In this document: in pieces, positions 8,288 to 19,800 of the stretch
Layout of the letters: the number at the start of each line of letters is the position of its first letter
Position numbering within the stretch: the first letter of the stretch is position 1
NCBI GenBank assembly: GCA_964610305.1
Contig: CAZSVL010000003.1
Location: 13,122 to 77,121 of the forward strand
Source of the DNA: an uncultured Gammaproteobacteria bacterium
GTDB lineage: Bacteria > Patescibacteriota > Patescibacteriia > Magasanikbacterales > JBBTXJ01
Reading direction: 5' to 3'
Length of the DNA: 64,000 nucleotides
Notes under the pieces: generated by a model
Told to the model about the DNA's origin: nothing
What the model saw: only the letters and a program-made list of their open reading frames with translations
The model's database searches: none
Translations under genes and position numbers: made by a program

Positions 8288-10648
8288 TTACTCCTCTAAA
8301 TAGTCTCCTTGTTGGCCATCAAGATAATCATCTTCTGATTGCTCATCATCAACATCCTCTTGCTGCTCCTCTTGCTCAAATGACTGCTCTTCTTGTTCAA
8401 TAATGCGTGGCGGCCGGCTTGGCACGGGAATATCCTCGTATCCATCGCTGTCATCTACCATATCAAGATCATCGGGGCTCATCAAGACTTCCCTTGCTTT
8501 TGATCCCACAGCTGGTCCTACCACATCTGCCTCTTCTAGCTCATCTAAAATACGCGCAGCTCTGGCGTAGCCAACACGCAAGCGGCGTTGCAAGAAAGAG
8601 GCGCTGGCTTTTCCGCTTTCAATAACCATTTGCCGCGCTTGCTCAAAAAGAGTGTCTCGCTCTGCGCTGCCCCCACCAAATACCGTGGCACTTGGCCCGC
8701 CTGTTTTTTCAAAATCCTCATAAGAAGGTGCATCTTGGTCCTTCAAAAAGTCTGCAATGCGGTGAATTTCTTCTTCTGATATAAATGCGCCTTGCAACCT
8801 TTTTGGTTTGGAAAGATCAGCAGTAAGTAAAAGCATATCTCCGCGACCAAGAAGTTTTTCAGCTCCAGCATTATCCAAAATAACGCGCGAGTCCATGAGG
8901 GATCCCACAGAGAATGCAACGCGCGCCGGGATGTTTGCTTTCATCAGACCAGTAATTATATCTACGCTTGGTCTTTGCGTTGCAATAACCAAGTGTATTC
9001 CCACGGCACGTGACATTTGCGCAAGCCGCACAATGCCCGCTTCTACTTCTGCGCCAGAGGTGACCATAAGATCTGCCAGCTCATCTATAACAAATACAAT
9101 GTACGGCAATTTTTCTCTACTTTTTTTGTTGTAAGAGCCAATGTCGCGGCTCTTATTTTTAGAGAGCAGATCAAAGCGCCTTTCCATTTCCGTGATCGCC
9201 CATTTAATAGCGGCAATGGTTTTGTTTTTATCCGTGATGACAGGCGTTAGCAAATGTGGAATGCCATTGTAGGCAGGAAGCTCAACACGTTTTGGGTCTA
9301 CCATGATAAAGCGTAGTGTGGCCGGCGTGTGTTGGTACAAAAGACTAATAATAAGGCTGTGGATTCCTACGGTCTTTCCAGAACCGGTTGCGCCGGCAAT
9401 AAGCAGGTGTGGCATTTTTGAGATGTCTGCAATTTTGGGTGTTCCAGAAACATCTTTTCCAACCGCAAAAAGCAAACCTTCTTTTCTGCCCTTAAATTCT
9501 TTGTGTTCCAAAAGCTCACGCAGCGTAACCATAGCAATACGCTGATTGGGTACTTCTACTCCCACCAAAGATTTACCCGGAATAGGCGCTTCTATTCTTA
9601 TGGGGTGAGCGGCAAGAGCAAGCGCCAGATCATTATGCAGAGCGGTGATTCTGTTGAGTTTAACCCCTTTGGAAGGTTTAAGGGTGTACTGAGTAACGGT
9701 TGGCCCAACCTGAATATCTCCAAGGCTTACATCAATGCCAAAATTATCCAGCGTGTCTTTTATAATAGCGCTGTTTGCTTTTATGTCTCCCGCAGTAGGT
9801 TTTGATTTAGAGGTGTATAGCAAATTGGGAGAAGGGAGGATAAAAGGTTTTTTTGGTTTTGCTGGAGCTGCTGGTTTGCTAGAGGTTTTTTCTTCTTCCT
9901 CCTCAGAGTCCGCTTGCTCTGGCGTTTCCTCTTCTAGTTCATCTTCAAAATCTGCGTCTTCATCATCAATAGTAGAGAGCGCTCTTCTCTCAAAGCCTAT
10001 ATCGTCATCTACATCATCATCCGTGCTAGCATAAGGAGTGCTTTTGCCACGCACTAATCTAGACAAGCTTACAATACTGTTTCCAATCCAGCCCAAGTGT
10101 GCCAAAACCAAGCGGTGAGTTTCTACCAGATTGGCCAGTGACATATTAAACAAAAACAGCAGCGCAACCACCAGCAGAGCAATCAGAATAATCATGCCCG
10201 CCCAATACCCTACAAATTGTTTTAATGGCCATGCCAGAGCAAGCCCTAAAATTCCACCACCACTACCAAGGAGCGCTTCATCTATTAAATCCCGCGCTGG
10301 AAAGCCCAGGTGGAACATAGCGTTTACGGCAAGAAAGAAAAGCGCCGCGCCAATAAAGTGCATGAGGGTGTAATTGTACTCGCCCTCTTTCTCAATAAGA
10401 TAGCCAATGATAATAAGGACCACGGGAATAACAAATCTAGTTTTTCCAAATCCTACAGAGAGAAATGCCTCCCAAAAAGTACCGGCCAGGCCTGCAAGCT
10501 GAAAGAAGGATAGAAGCGAGAGCCCAGCCAGTGCAAACAAAAAAATGGCGAGTACACCCCGCTTTATCTCTGGATTAAAATCAATGCGCCCAAAACTAAA
10601 GCCGTGGCGCGATCTTCGCCTCCTGCGGCGTTTTCGCCTTTTTGCCAT
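8288..10648 (-). CDS. ftsK: DNA translocase FtsK/SpoIIIE
   Basis: N-terminal TM helices, acidic linker, motor domain with Walker A IAGATGSGKT, C-terminal gamma winged helix (FLQRRLRVGYARAARILDELE), acidic tail. Confidence 0.9.
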   Translation of the reverse strand: MAKRRKRRRRRRSRHGFSFGRIDFNPEIKRGVLAIFLFALAGLSLLSFFQLAGLAGTFWEAFLSVGFGKTRFVIPVVLIIIGYLIEKEGEYNYTLMHFIGAALFFLAVNAMFHLGFPARDLIDEALLGSGGGILGLALAWPLKQFVGYWAGMIILIALLVVALLFLFNMSLANLVETHRLVLAHLGWIGNSIVSLSRLVRGKSTPYASTDDDVDDDIGFERRALSTIDDEDADFEDELEEETPEQADSEEEEEKTSSKPAAPAKPKKPFILPSPNLLYTSKSKPTAGDIKANSAIIKDTLDNFGIDVSLGDIQVGPTVTQYTLKPSKGVKLNRITALHNDLALALAAHPIRIEAPIPGKSLVGVEVPNQRIAMVTLRELLEHKEFKGRKEGLLFAVGKDVSGTPKIADISKMPHLLIAGATGSGKTVGIHSLIISLLYQHTPATLRFIMVDPKRVELPAYNGIPHLLTPVITDKNKTIAAIKWAITEMERRFDLLSKNKSRDIGSYNKKSREKLPYIVFVIDELADLMVTSGAEVEAGIVRLAQMSRAVGIHLVIATQRPSVDIITGLMKANIPARVAFSVGSLMDSRVILDNAGAEKLLGRGDMLLLTADLSKPKRLQGAFISEEEIHRIADFLKDQDAPSYEDFEKTGGPSATVFGGGSAERDTLFEQARQMVIESGKASASFLQRRLRVGYARAARILDELEEADVVGPAVGSKAREVLMSPDDLDMVDDSDGYEDIPVPSRPPRIIEQEEQSFEQEEQQEDVDDEQSEDDYLDGQQGDYLEE

Positions 10649-10675
10649 AGAGAAACATTATATCACGCAGCGTAA

Positions 10676-10732
10676 AACAAAAAAACCGACGTAGCGGCCC
10701 AATCTTTAAAGACCGTACATGTCTTACGTCGG
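10676..10732 (-). terminator. Rho-independent terminator-like hairpin (8-bp stem, ~31-nt loop, T-run on the minus strand)
   Basis: CCGACGTA...TACGTCGG followed on the minus strand by TTTTTTT. A second copy with compensatory stem changes lies at 10817-10871. Confidence 0.5.
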
Positions 10733-10816
10733 AAATAGCTGGCACCACCCGTCTCTTTAGGAGTCGTTGACTAATAACCAGCACGTGAATCGTAGCGCAG
10801 CTGCAGTGGTTTGTCA

Positions 10817-10871
10817 ATAAAAAAACCGACGCAAACCCCTACTCTTGAATAGAAGTTCTTTCTTGCGTCGG
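10817..10871 (-). terminator. Second terminator-like hairpin, covarying with the one at 10676-10732
   Basis: CCGACGCAA...TTGCGTCGG plus a T-run on the minus strand. Confidence 0.5.
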
Positions 10872-11156
10872 AAAAAGGTTTGGGAGGCTTTGCTTCTTAC
10901 TAGCAAGCGGCTCTTGCCCAAAAACCTCTCAGAAGACCTGCGAAAGCTGTAGGTGCAATTATCCGCAACGTACGCTAGATTTCATGTCCATCACCGAGGT
11001 GATGAAATGAGGAAAGTATCTTACGTACACTTTGGACACCCACCCCTTCGCAGGTTTTCTGGGAGGTTTGTGAGGACAGTATAATGCCATAAATACTTTT
11101 GTGTCAAGATGTGGACAAATAAAAAAGGGCGCGGTGTTTCCACGTTGCCCTGTTGG

Positions 11157-11909
11157 TTACTGAACCTCAATCGCCTTAGGCGGGTTGTTGTCCAGAGATC
11201 TTGGGTCCAGTGCATGCAAGGCCTTGGAGTAGGCCTTGCTATGGCGGGGGCCCGCTGCCTTGTACACCTGCCAGGTGTCTGTGGCAATGGTATAGGTTAC
11301 GTAGCACGTCTCAAAGCCAGCCCAGGTCACGCCTTGTGCCTCTACGAACACACTGTGGTTCATAGACTGACCGGTGCACCAGTCCAGGCCGGTGGGCTCC
11401 TTCTGAATCCACTGACCGTTGCCCGTGAACACCCAGAGCGAGTGCAGACGACGTGTGCCGTCCTGGTCAGTAAAGACGGTTGCTATTCGGCCAGAGACAA
11501 ATGCGTAGTCGCTCGTCCAGTTGTGACTGAATGAGGTATGGCGAACCAGGCGATCCTCCGTCGCATCGTACTTGTAGATTCGGCTTCCCGAGCTAGTGAA
11601 GAAGTAAAGGCCGTTTTCCTGCTCAGAGGTCTGGGTCACTACGCTACTGCCCATAACCAGCTTTCTGCCGGTGGGCGTAACGAGAACCTGATACCGACTT
11701 CCTGGCATCTGGTGAATAGTGCGCCCCTCTACATCACTGACGATGATGTCCTCCGTCTGGTTCCACCAGTTGAGCGTCTTAAAGACACCAACGGTTTCAC
11801 TCTTGTGGAGCGTGTCAGCGCGCGCATCCTCATAGGTACTGTGGCTCGGCGGCTCATTGCAGCCAGCCAGCAGAAGTGCGATTGTCAAAACATTCAGAGC
11901 GGTTCTCAT
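11157..11909 (-). CDS. Hypothetical lipoprotein (signal peptide with LAGC lipobox)
   Basis: MRTALNVLTIALLLAGC lipobox. GC-richer than the genome background. Followed by the hairpin AGGGCAACGTGGAAACACCGCGCCCT plus a T-run. Confidence 0.65.
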   Translation of the reverse strand: MRTALNVLTIALLLAGCNEPPSHSTYEDARADTLHKSETVGVFKTLNWWNQTEDIIVSDVEGRTIHQMPGSRYQVLVTPTGRKLVMGSSVVTQTSEQENGLYFFTSSGSRIYKYDATEDRLVRHTSFSHNWTSDYAFVSGRIATVFTDQDGTRRLHSLWVFTGNGQWIQKEPTGLDWCTGQSMNHSVFVEAQGVTWAGFETCYVTYTIATDTWQVYKAAGPRHSKAYSKALHALDPRSLDNNPPKAIEVQ

Positions 11910-12228
11910 GTGCTTCCCCTTTCTGTGATTGTCTACTGTCTGTCCTACGGGCCGACCATGTGGTGGACATGATCGGCCGCTAGGACAGACTAGCGGGAAA
12001 AATTAGTCAGTAACAGTGGTCCTGATGCCCGAAGGCACCAGGGGACACTCGTTACTCACAAGTGTCTTAACCGGAAGGGCACGGCGCAACTGCAGCACGT
12101 TCTGGAAACCAGACCGCCACAGCATGGGTACGTCGCGCACAACCGAAATCATTGGCATTGGTAAACCCTCCCGCAAGCAGGAGGAGTGACGCGTCCAAAG
12201 CATGGATTGGGCGCGATACTCCTCTTCC

Positions 12229-12316
12229 GTCATTCTGAACTTGATTCAGAATCTCCCAAAGAAAACGGTTTAAGAAAAACGTCTTCTGTGAGATCCCAGA
12301 TCTTCTCTGGGATGAC
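12229..12316. repeat. GTCAT-family twin-hairpin repeat element
   Basis: GTCATTCTGAACTTGATTCAGAATCTC...GAGATCCCAGATCTTCTCTGGGATGAC. Confidence 0.8.
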
Positions 12317-12491
12317 AGAGATAAGGGGTCTACCAACAAACAGCAGGCATGATGGCATCGTTGGAGAAAGGAGGATGGGTGTTGCAAAGAACGCACCATC
12401 ATAACCTGCTGACTGTTGGTAGTAAGTTGTAAAAGATCCACACGCCCGCCGGTGATCGACGGGGTGTGGGGTCTTGGCTGTTTGTTGGGTT

Positions 12492-12872
12492 TTAGCTGCA
12501 ACGCTCTAGGCGAATTCGCGGATTCGTTCTTTCCGAGCGGGTGAACACGAATCGCAACTGCCCTTCCCAGGCCTTGTTGATACGAGCGATGAGCTCATGG
12601 AATTCCTGCAGATGCAGACCACTCGCGTGAACAGGATAAGTGGTAGACTCATCGCCGATCAGCGTGGTTTGGATAATGAGCAGCAGCGACGCGCCCAAAC
12701 GAGCGCGCACAAATGCCATCAGATCCAGCCGATCCACCTTGCGGCAGAAGTGCTCGCTGATCCGGTTGAGCTCCTGGTCCATAAGCAAGCTTTGCTCGCG
12801 GTACCAGATTCGGAAGGCCTGCGCCTCCTGACGTGGCACTGTGAATGAGATTTCGTTTACTCCTCCGTGCAT
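12492..12872 (-). CDS. Hypothetical protein (uncertain)
   Basis: ORF in a GC-rich island. Start taken at MHGGVNEISF. No family recognised. Confidence 0.3.
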   Translation of the reverse strand: MHGGVNEISFTVPRQEAQAFRIWYREQSLLMDQELNRISEHFCRKVDRLDLMAFVRARLGASLLLIIQTTLIGDESTTYPVHASGLHLQEFHELIARINKAWEGQLRFVFTRSERTNPRIRLERCS

Positions 12873-13142
12873 ACTCCCTCCCAAGAGTTCGTTTTCAAAC
12901 AAAAACAGTCACAGATCGTCCTCGGTAGCATGGCTGGCGCTTACCTTTTTTGTATATAGGTTTATATGCGACAGGTGCCCCCTCGGACGATCTCTGACTG
13001 CTTTAAAATTGTTAACGTTCTTTGCAACGACGATATCATTATAATACCGCAACTGCACACTATAGCACACTTTTGTCATTTTGTCAAGAGGAGATGCCTA
13101 TAATTTGGCTTATTTTAGCGCGATTTTGCATTTTGCTTCAGG

Positions 13143-13309
13143 GGTTAGGGGTTAGCGTGTAGGGTGTAGTGGTATCACCTTGTCATTCTGAACTTGATTC
13201 AGAATCTAGGAAGAAATTGAGCACGTCTTACTGTTCTAGTGGATCCTGAATCAAGTTCAGGATGATGCTATAGAGATTCTACACCCTACACCCTACGCCC
13301 TAACCACTA
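13143..13309. repeat. GTCAT-family twin-hairpin element (core 13192-13268) nested in ~30-bp outer inverted repeats
   Basis: Outer ggttaggggttagcgtgtagggtgtagtgg / ctacaccctacaccctacgccctaaccactag. Core GTCATTCTGAACTTGATTCAGAATC...GGATCCTGAATCAAGTTCAGGATGATGC. Confidence 0.8.
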
Positions 13310-13525
13310 GAGACTGTGGATACACTATTTGACAAACGTCAAACAACCGTATAGAATAACGCTGATTTTTAGCGTCTTTGACGCACTTAAACTTTTGCCC
13401 TTATTTTAGCAAAAAAATCAATGAAGGGCCGCCTCCGCGTTGATACAAATTAAGTAAATTTAGCCAAAAACGCCCTATGGGCGCTACTTTTTGTTCTGCG
13501 GAAAAAAATCGCTTTCATTTTCTGT

Positions 13526-13563
13526 GAGATCCCGGATATTTGCTTCGCAAATTTCGGGATGAC
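13526..13563. repeat. Solo half-copy of the GTCAT-family element (GAGATCCCGGAT...TTCGGGATGAC)
   Basis: Matches the right-arm hairpin of the family. Confidence 0.6.
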
Positions 13564-13604
13564 AGGAAGTATACCTTATTATATACACCTTATAATTCTC
13601 CCCT

Positions 13605-16600
13605 ATGACATTCAAACGTCAGGCAGTAAAAGAGCGAGCACGCCGCTTTTTTACTGAAAAAAGAGACGCCATTGAGCTGCCAGAGCTCATTGAGGTCCAA
13701 AAAACGAGCTATAACTGGTTTTTTGATAAAGGCCTTAAGGAGCTACTCTCTGAAATCTCACCCATAACAGACTTCTCTGGCAGAGACCTAGAGCTTTATT
13801 TTGACGATTATTATCTAGATGAGCCAAATTTTGAGGAAAAGGTTTGTAGAGAGAAGAAAATTTCTTACGAGGCTGCTTTGAGAGTAAAAACTCGTTTAAT
13901 TAATAAAAGAACGGGCGTAACCACAGATCAAGAGGTATATTTGGGAGATATTCCTCAGATGACCACCCGTGGAACGTTTATTATTAACGGAAACGAGCGT
14001 GTTATTGTTTCTCAGCTTATCAGATCTGCCGGTGTGTACTTTACGGCAGAGAACATCAGGGGAAGAAAATATTACGGTGCCAAGATTATTCCTAATCGCG
14101 GCGCTTGGATTGAAATAGAAACCGATAGAAACAATATTATTTGGGCAAAGGTGGATCGCCGTAGAAAAGTGGCGGTTACTTCTTTGATGCGTGCATTTGG
14201 CATGTCTGATACTGATCAGATAAAAAAGACATTTGAAGAAGTTAACACTCACCCCAACATTGATTTTGTAGAAAATACCATAGCAAAGGATGCCGCAGAA
14301 AATGAAGAAGAAGGTTTGGTAGAAGTTTACAAGAGAATCAGGCCGGGAGACTTGGCAACACCGGATAACGCCAGGCAGCTTATCCACGCCATGTTCTTTA
14401 ATTTTTCTCGGTACGATTTGTCTAAAGTTGGTGTATACAAATTTTTCTCAAGATTTGATAAGCAATTTAAAGATGCTGATCTTGAGGATCAAGAAAACAG
14501 AGTGCTCTCATTGGAAAAACTTATTGACGTGGTAACAGAAGTTATTAGACTCAATATAACGCAAGAAGAACCAGATGATATTGACCACTTGGGAAACCGT
14601 AGAATACGCGCCGTGGGCGAGCTGGTGCAGGGACGTTTCCGCGTGGGACTAGCAAGAATGGAGCGTATTGTGACAGACAGAATGAGCACCTACGACATTG
14701 ATACCATCTCTCCAAGCCGTTTGATAAACGCGCGGCCGGTCATTGGAGCGGTTAGAGAATTCTTTATGAGCTCTCAGCTGTCTCAGTTTATGGATCAGAC
14801 CAACCCGCTCTCAGAGCTAGAGCACAAAAGGCGTGTTTCTGCTTTGGGCCCTGGTGGACTCTCAAGAGACAGAGCCGGCTTTGAGGTGCGAGACGTGCAC
14901 CCAACTCACTACGGACGCATTTGTCCTATTGCCACGCCAGAAGGACCAAACATTGGTTTGGTTGGCCACTTGTCATCTTTTGCGCGGATTAATGAATTTG
15001 GATTTGTTGAAACACCGTACCGAAAAGTGGAAAAAGACGCCGATGGAAGACGGCGCGTGACGGATGAAGTTGAATATCTAAACGCTTTTAGAGAAGAAAA
15101 AGCCATTACCACCTCAGCCACTACAGCCGTAGATGAGGATGGTTATTTTGTTGCAAAGCGTGCGCCGGTTAGAAAATTTGGAGAGCCATCTGTTGAGTCA
15201 ACAAAAAAAATAGGATACATGGACGTGGCCAGCAACCAAGTTGTTTCTGTTGCTACTTCTCTGATTCCCTTTTTAGAACATGATGACGCTACGCGCGCAC
15301 TGATGGGAACAAACATGCAAAGACAGGCCGTGCCTACCATCAAGCCAGACGCTCCTATAATTGGAACCGGCATAGAAAAGCGCGCTGCCATAGATTCTGG
15401 ATACCTTATTACCGCGCCAGAAGATGGTGTGGTGGAATACGCTGATGGTGCCCGCATTACGTTTGTAGAAAACAAGAGCGGTAAAAAGCATGAGTATGAG
15501 CTGCTCAAATACGTAAGATCTAACCCGGGAACCAGCATTGACCAGAGATCTTTGGTGGTAACCGGAGATAAACTTAAAAAGGGTGACCTTATTGCCGATG
15601 GGCCATCTATTGATCATGGAGAGCTAGCTCTTGGGCAGAACATGCTGGTGGCCTACATGGTGTGGGACGGCTATAACTACGAGGACGCCATTATTATTTC
15701 TGAGCGATTGGTAAGAAAAGACAGGCTTACCAGTATTCATATTGAGAGCAGAAGCATTGATGTGCGCGAGACCAAATTGGGTCCAGAGGTTATTACCTCT
15801 GACATTCCAAACGTCTCAGAAGAGCGATTGCGTAACTTAGACTCAGAAGGAATAATCCGCATTGGAGCAGAGGTAAGGCCCGGAGATATATTGGTTGGAA
15901 AAATTACGCCAAAGGGTGAAACAGACCTTTCCCCTGAAGAGCGACTCTTAAGAGCTATCTTTGGAGAAAAAGCGCGCGATGTTCGTGATTCTTCTTTGTA
16001 CCTAAAACACGGAGAGCACGGAAAAGTAATCGGCGTGAGTATTTTCTCTGCAGAAGAGGGAGACAAGCTCCAGCCCGGTGTGATCCGCAGAGTAGAAGTT
16101 ACGGTGGCGGACATGCGTAAAATTCAGGTGGGAGATAAGCTTGCGGGGCGTCATGGAAACAAGGGAGTTATCTCTAGGGTTGTTCCGGCAGAGGACATGC
16201 CGTTTATGGAAGACGGAACGCCGGTAGATATTATTCTCTCTCCACTTGGTGTTATTTCCCGTATGAACTTGGGGCAGCTTTTGGAAACGCATCTGGGATT
16301 GGCTGCTAATGCTCAAGGATACAACGCCGCCACCCCGGTTCTTAACGGTGTTTCGGAAGAGCAAATTGGAGACGAGCTAGAAAAAGCAGGTTTTGCTCGT
16401 GACGGACAGATTCAGCTCTACGATGGAAGAACCGGAGAGGCATTTGATAGAAAAACTACGGTTGGCTATAACTACATGCTTAAGTTGGTACACATGGTGG
16501 ATGATAAAATTCACCAAAGGTCTATTGGTCCGTACAGCTTAATTACGCAACAGCCGCTTGGTGGTAAAGCGCAGCATGGTGGTCAAAGGTTTGGAGAGAT

Positions 16601-16880
16601 GGAAGTGTGGGCGCTAGAGGCTTACGGCGCCGCACACACGTTGCAGGAAGTGCTGACTATTAAATCTGACGACGTGCAAGGAAGAGCGCGTGCTTATGAG
16701 GCAATTATTAAAGGAGAGCAAATCTCTAAGGTTAATATTCCAGAGTCTTTCCACGTGTTGACACGTGAGCTAAAAGGTCTTGCTTTGGATATTGAACTGC
16801 TCCGCAAAACAGAAAGCGGCAAGTATTTACCGGTAGAGCAGCCAAGCTACGATAAAGACCCTAGAACTCCACGAACATAA
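13605..16880 (+). CDS. rpoB: DNA-directed RNA polymerase subunit beta
   Basis: 1091 aa with conserved rifampicin-region and catalytic motifs. Followed 4 bp later by rpoC. Confidence 0.97.
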   Translation: MTFKRQAVKERARRFFTEKRDAIELPELIEVQKTSYNWFFDKGLKELLSEISPITDFSGRDLELYFDDYYLDEPNFEEKVCREKKISYEAALRVKTRLINKRTGVTTDQEVYLGDIPQMTTRGTFIINGNERVIVSQLIRSAGVYFTAENIRGRKYYGAKIIPNRGAWIEIETDRNNIIWAKVDRRRKVAVTSLMRAFGMSDTDQIKKTFEEVNTHPNIDFVENTIAKDAAENEEEGLVEVYKRIRPGDLATPDNARQLIHAMFFNFSRYDLSKVGVYKFFSRFDKQFKDADLEDQENRVLSLEKLIDVVTEVIRLNITQEEPDDIDHLGNRRIRAVGELVQGRFRVGLARMERIVTDRMSTYDIDTISPSRLINARPVIGAVREFFMSSQLSQFMDQTNPLSELEHKRRVSALGPGGLSRDRAGFEVRDVHPTHYGRICPIATPEGPNIGLVGHLSSFARINEFGFVETPYRKVEKDADGRRRVTDEVEYLNAFREEKAITTSATTAVDEDGYFVAKRAPVRKFGEPSVESTKKIGYMDVASNQVVSVATSLIPFLEHDDATRALMGTNMQRQAVPTIKPDAPIIGTGIEKRAAIDSGYLITAPEDGVVEYADGARITFVENKSGKKHEYELLKYVRSNPGTSIDQRSLVVTGDKLKKGDLIADGPSIDHGELALGQNMLVAYMVWDGYNYEDAIIISERLVRKDRLTSIHIESRSIDVRETKLGPEVITSDIPNVSEERLRNLDSEGIIRIGAEVRPGDILVGKITPKGETDLSPEERLLRAIFGEKARDVRDSSLYLKHGEHGKVIGVSIFSAEEGDKLQPGVIRRVEVTVADMRKIQVGDKLAGRHGNKGVISRVVPAEDMPFMEDGTPVDIILSPLGVISRMNLGQLLETHLGLAANAQGYNAATPVLNGVSEEQIGDELEKAGFARDGQIQLYDGRTGEAFDRKTTVGYNYMLKLVHMVDDKIHQRSIGPYSLITQQPLGGKAQHGGQRFGEMEVWALEAYGAAHTLQEVLTIKSDDVQGRARAYEAIIKGEQISKVNIPESFHVLTRELKGLALDIELLRKTESGKYLPVEQPSYDKDPRTPRT

Positions 16881-16884
16881 ACAT

Positions 16885-19800
16885 ATGGCAGACGCATTAC
16901 ATACCATAGACTTTGACGCCATTCGTCTAAAAATAGCCTCACCTGAAGTTATAAAAGGGTGGAGCTCTGGCGAAGTGTTAAAGCCTGAGACCATTAACTA
17001 TAGAACGCAGAAGCCTGAGAAGAGCGGATTGTTTGCAGAAGAAATTTTTGGCCCGACTAAAGACTGGGAGTGTTATTGTGGTAAGTACAGAAAAATTCGT
17101 TACAAGGGAATCACGTGTGATAAATGTGGAGTGGAGGTAACGCACTCTTTAGTAAGACGTGAGCGTATGGGACACATTGATTTGGCAGCGCCGGTTGCCC
17201 ACATTTGGTTTTTGCGATCCATCCCATCAAAAATTGGAACGGTTCTAGACATGAGTGTGCAATCTCTTGAAAAAGTGATCTATTTTGCATCCTTTATTAT
17301 CACATCCGTTGATGAAGATCTAAAAGCGCAAACTATTGACCAGCTGCGTAACGAATATAAAAGCAAAAGAAAACAAATTAAGAAATCCGGAGCAGAGGCA
17401 GAGCTGCTAGAGGAAAATCTAGCAGAGCTTGAAGAGGATTTTACCAGCATGGAAAAAGAGATTAAGGATATTGTTCCCATGCATATTTTGGGAGAGAATG
17501 AGTATCAAGAAATCTCTTTGCGTTTTGGTCACTTCTTTGAGGCGGCCATTGGCGGAGAGGCTATTAGGAATTTGCTGCGCGATATTGATCTAAAAAAGAC
17601 TATTGATCAATTGCAAAAAGATCTAGCCAAGAGCAAGGGAGCAAAAAGAGAGCGCATGATGCGCCGCTTAAAGCTCCTTAAGTCTCTGCAGCTTAACGGT
17701 ATACGGCCAGAGTGGATGGTCCTCACCGCTATTCCTATAATTCCACCAGATTTGAGGCCTATGGTTGCGCTGGATGGTGGACGTTTTGCAACGTCTGATC
17801 TTAATGATCTGTATAGGCGTGTGATCAACAGAAATAATCGTCTTAAAAGATTGGCAAGTTTGAACGCGCCAGAGGTTATCATAAGAAATGAAAAACGCAT
17901 GCTTCAGGAGGCGGCAGACGCCATGATAGATAATAATGCGCGTCGCACCAAAACCGTGCAGAGCCCTGCTGGTAAAAAACGGCAGCTAAGATCTTTGGCC
18001 GATATTCTTAAAGGTAAGCAGGGAAGATTTCGTCAGAACCTCTTGGGTAAACGCGTAGACTATTCTGGGCGATCCGTTATTGTGGTTGGTCCAAACCTTA
18101 AAATTAATGAATGTGGGCTTCCTAAGAAAATGGCACTTGAGCTTTTCCGCCCCATGGTGATGAGCCAAGTTATAAAGCGCGAGTTTGCGCACAATGTAAG
18201 GTCTGCAAGCCGTTTTGTAGAGAGTGAGCGTGATGAGGTCTGGGATATTTTAGAAGAAGTTATTGCAGAAACGCGTGTGCTCTTAAACCGCGCGCCTACG
18301 CTTCATAGATTAGGTATTCAAGCATTTAAACCGCGGCTTATTGAGGGTAAGGCTATAAGATTGCATCCTTTGGTGTGTACCGCGTTTAACGCTGACTTTG
18401 ATGGAGACCAAATGGCGGTCCACGTGCCGCTTACCACCGATGCTCGCTGGGAAGCAGAGAACCTCATGGCCTCAGAGAAAAACTTGCTAAAGCCTGCTAC
18501 GGGAGATCCGGTGGTTACGCCTAAACAAGACTTGGCTTTGGGCGCATTTTACGTAACACAAATTGTTGAGCCTGAGGATGGCAAGCGCCTAAAGATGTTT
18601 AATTCTCCCAAAGAAGCGCAGCTTGCTTACAAACTGCGTAAAATTGGACTGCAAGAAAAAGTGTCGGTACGGTTTACTGATCTTTCTAAGTTTGAAAAAG
18701 GACAAGACGCGCGCATAGAGACTACGGTGGGTAGAATCATGTTCAACAAACTTTTTCCAGAGAAATTGCCGTATTATAACGAGACTATCATTTCCAAAAA
18801 GCTAGGAAAGATTATCAGATTGATGCTTGAGTATTACGGTACAGAAGAGACCGCCTTTGTAATGGATGCCATCAAGAATCTTGGCTTTAAGTACGTTACC
18901 AAATCTGGCTACTCTTTAGGTATGGGAGATTTTCCTAAGCTTGATGACAAGCCGGCGGTAATTGAAGCAGCTGACGCTCAGGTGCAAGAGGTAATGGGTC
19001 AGTATGAAGAAGGCTTGCTTACCGACACTGAGCGCCATGTTAAGGTGATAGAAATTTGGTCTGAAGCAAAAGATAAAATAATGGCCATGAACAAGCCAGC
19101 ACTTTCTAAGTTTGGTCCGGTTTTTGCCATGATTGATTCTGGTGCTCGTGGATCGTGGGGTCAGCTAACGCAGGTTATTGGAATGAAAGGTTTGGTGAGC
19201 TCACCTTCTGGAGACATTATTGAGCTGCCGGTGAAGGGATCATTTAAGCAGGGATTTGATGTGCTGGAATTCTTTATCAGCTCTCACGGAACCAGAAAAG
19301 GACTCTCTGATACGGCTTTGAGAACCGCTAACGCTGGATATCTTACCCGTCGTTTGGTAGATGTTGCGCAAGACGTTGTGGTAAGAGAAGAGAACTGTGG
19401 AGAGAAAGAGGGTATCCTTATCACCAAGAAAGAATCTGCAGAAATGGGAGAGACGGTAGCAGCGCGTGTTGTGGGACGCTACGCCATAAATGATATAAAA
19501 GCAGGTCGCAAAAAATTAGTTTCAGCCGGTGAGATAATTACAGAAGCTGCCGCTCGTCTTATTGAGCAGGCAGATTTGGATGAGGTGCAGGTAAGATCTG
19601 TGCTTAGATGTAAAATGCCAAAGGGTGTGTGTCAGATGTGCTACGGCTTTGATTTAGGGCACAACGATTTGGTAAAAATGGGAACCGCTGTGGGAATTAT
19701 TGCGGCGCAGTCTATTGGTGAGCCGGGAACACAGCTTACCATGAGAACGTTCCACACCGGTGGTGTTGCGGGAACGGATATTACTAAAGGTCTTCCAAGA

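Noticed and set aside
12067-12501. Minus-strand ORF 12067..12501 (144 aa)
   Set aside because: It spans the GTCAT repeat element at 12229-12316 and GC-rich noncoding sequence. The translation is nonsense-like and His/Gln/Ser-rich with no motif. Treated as spurious.
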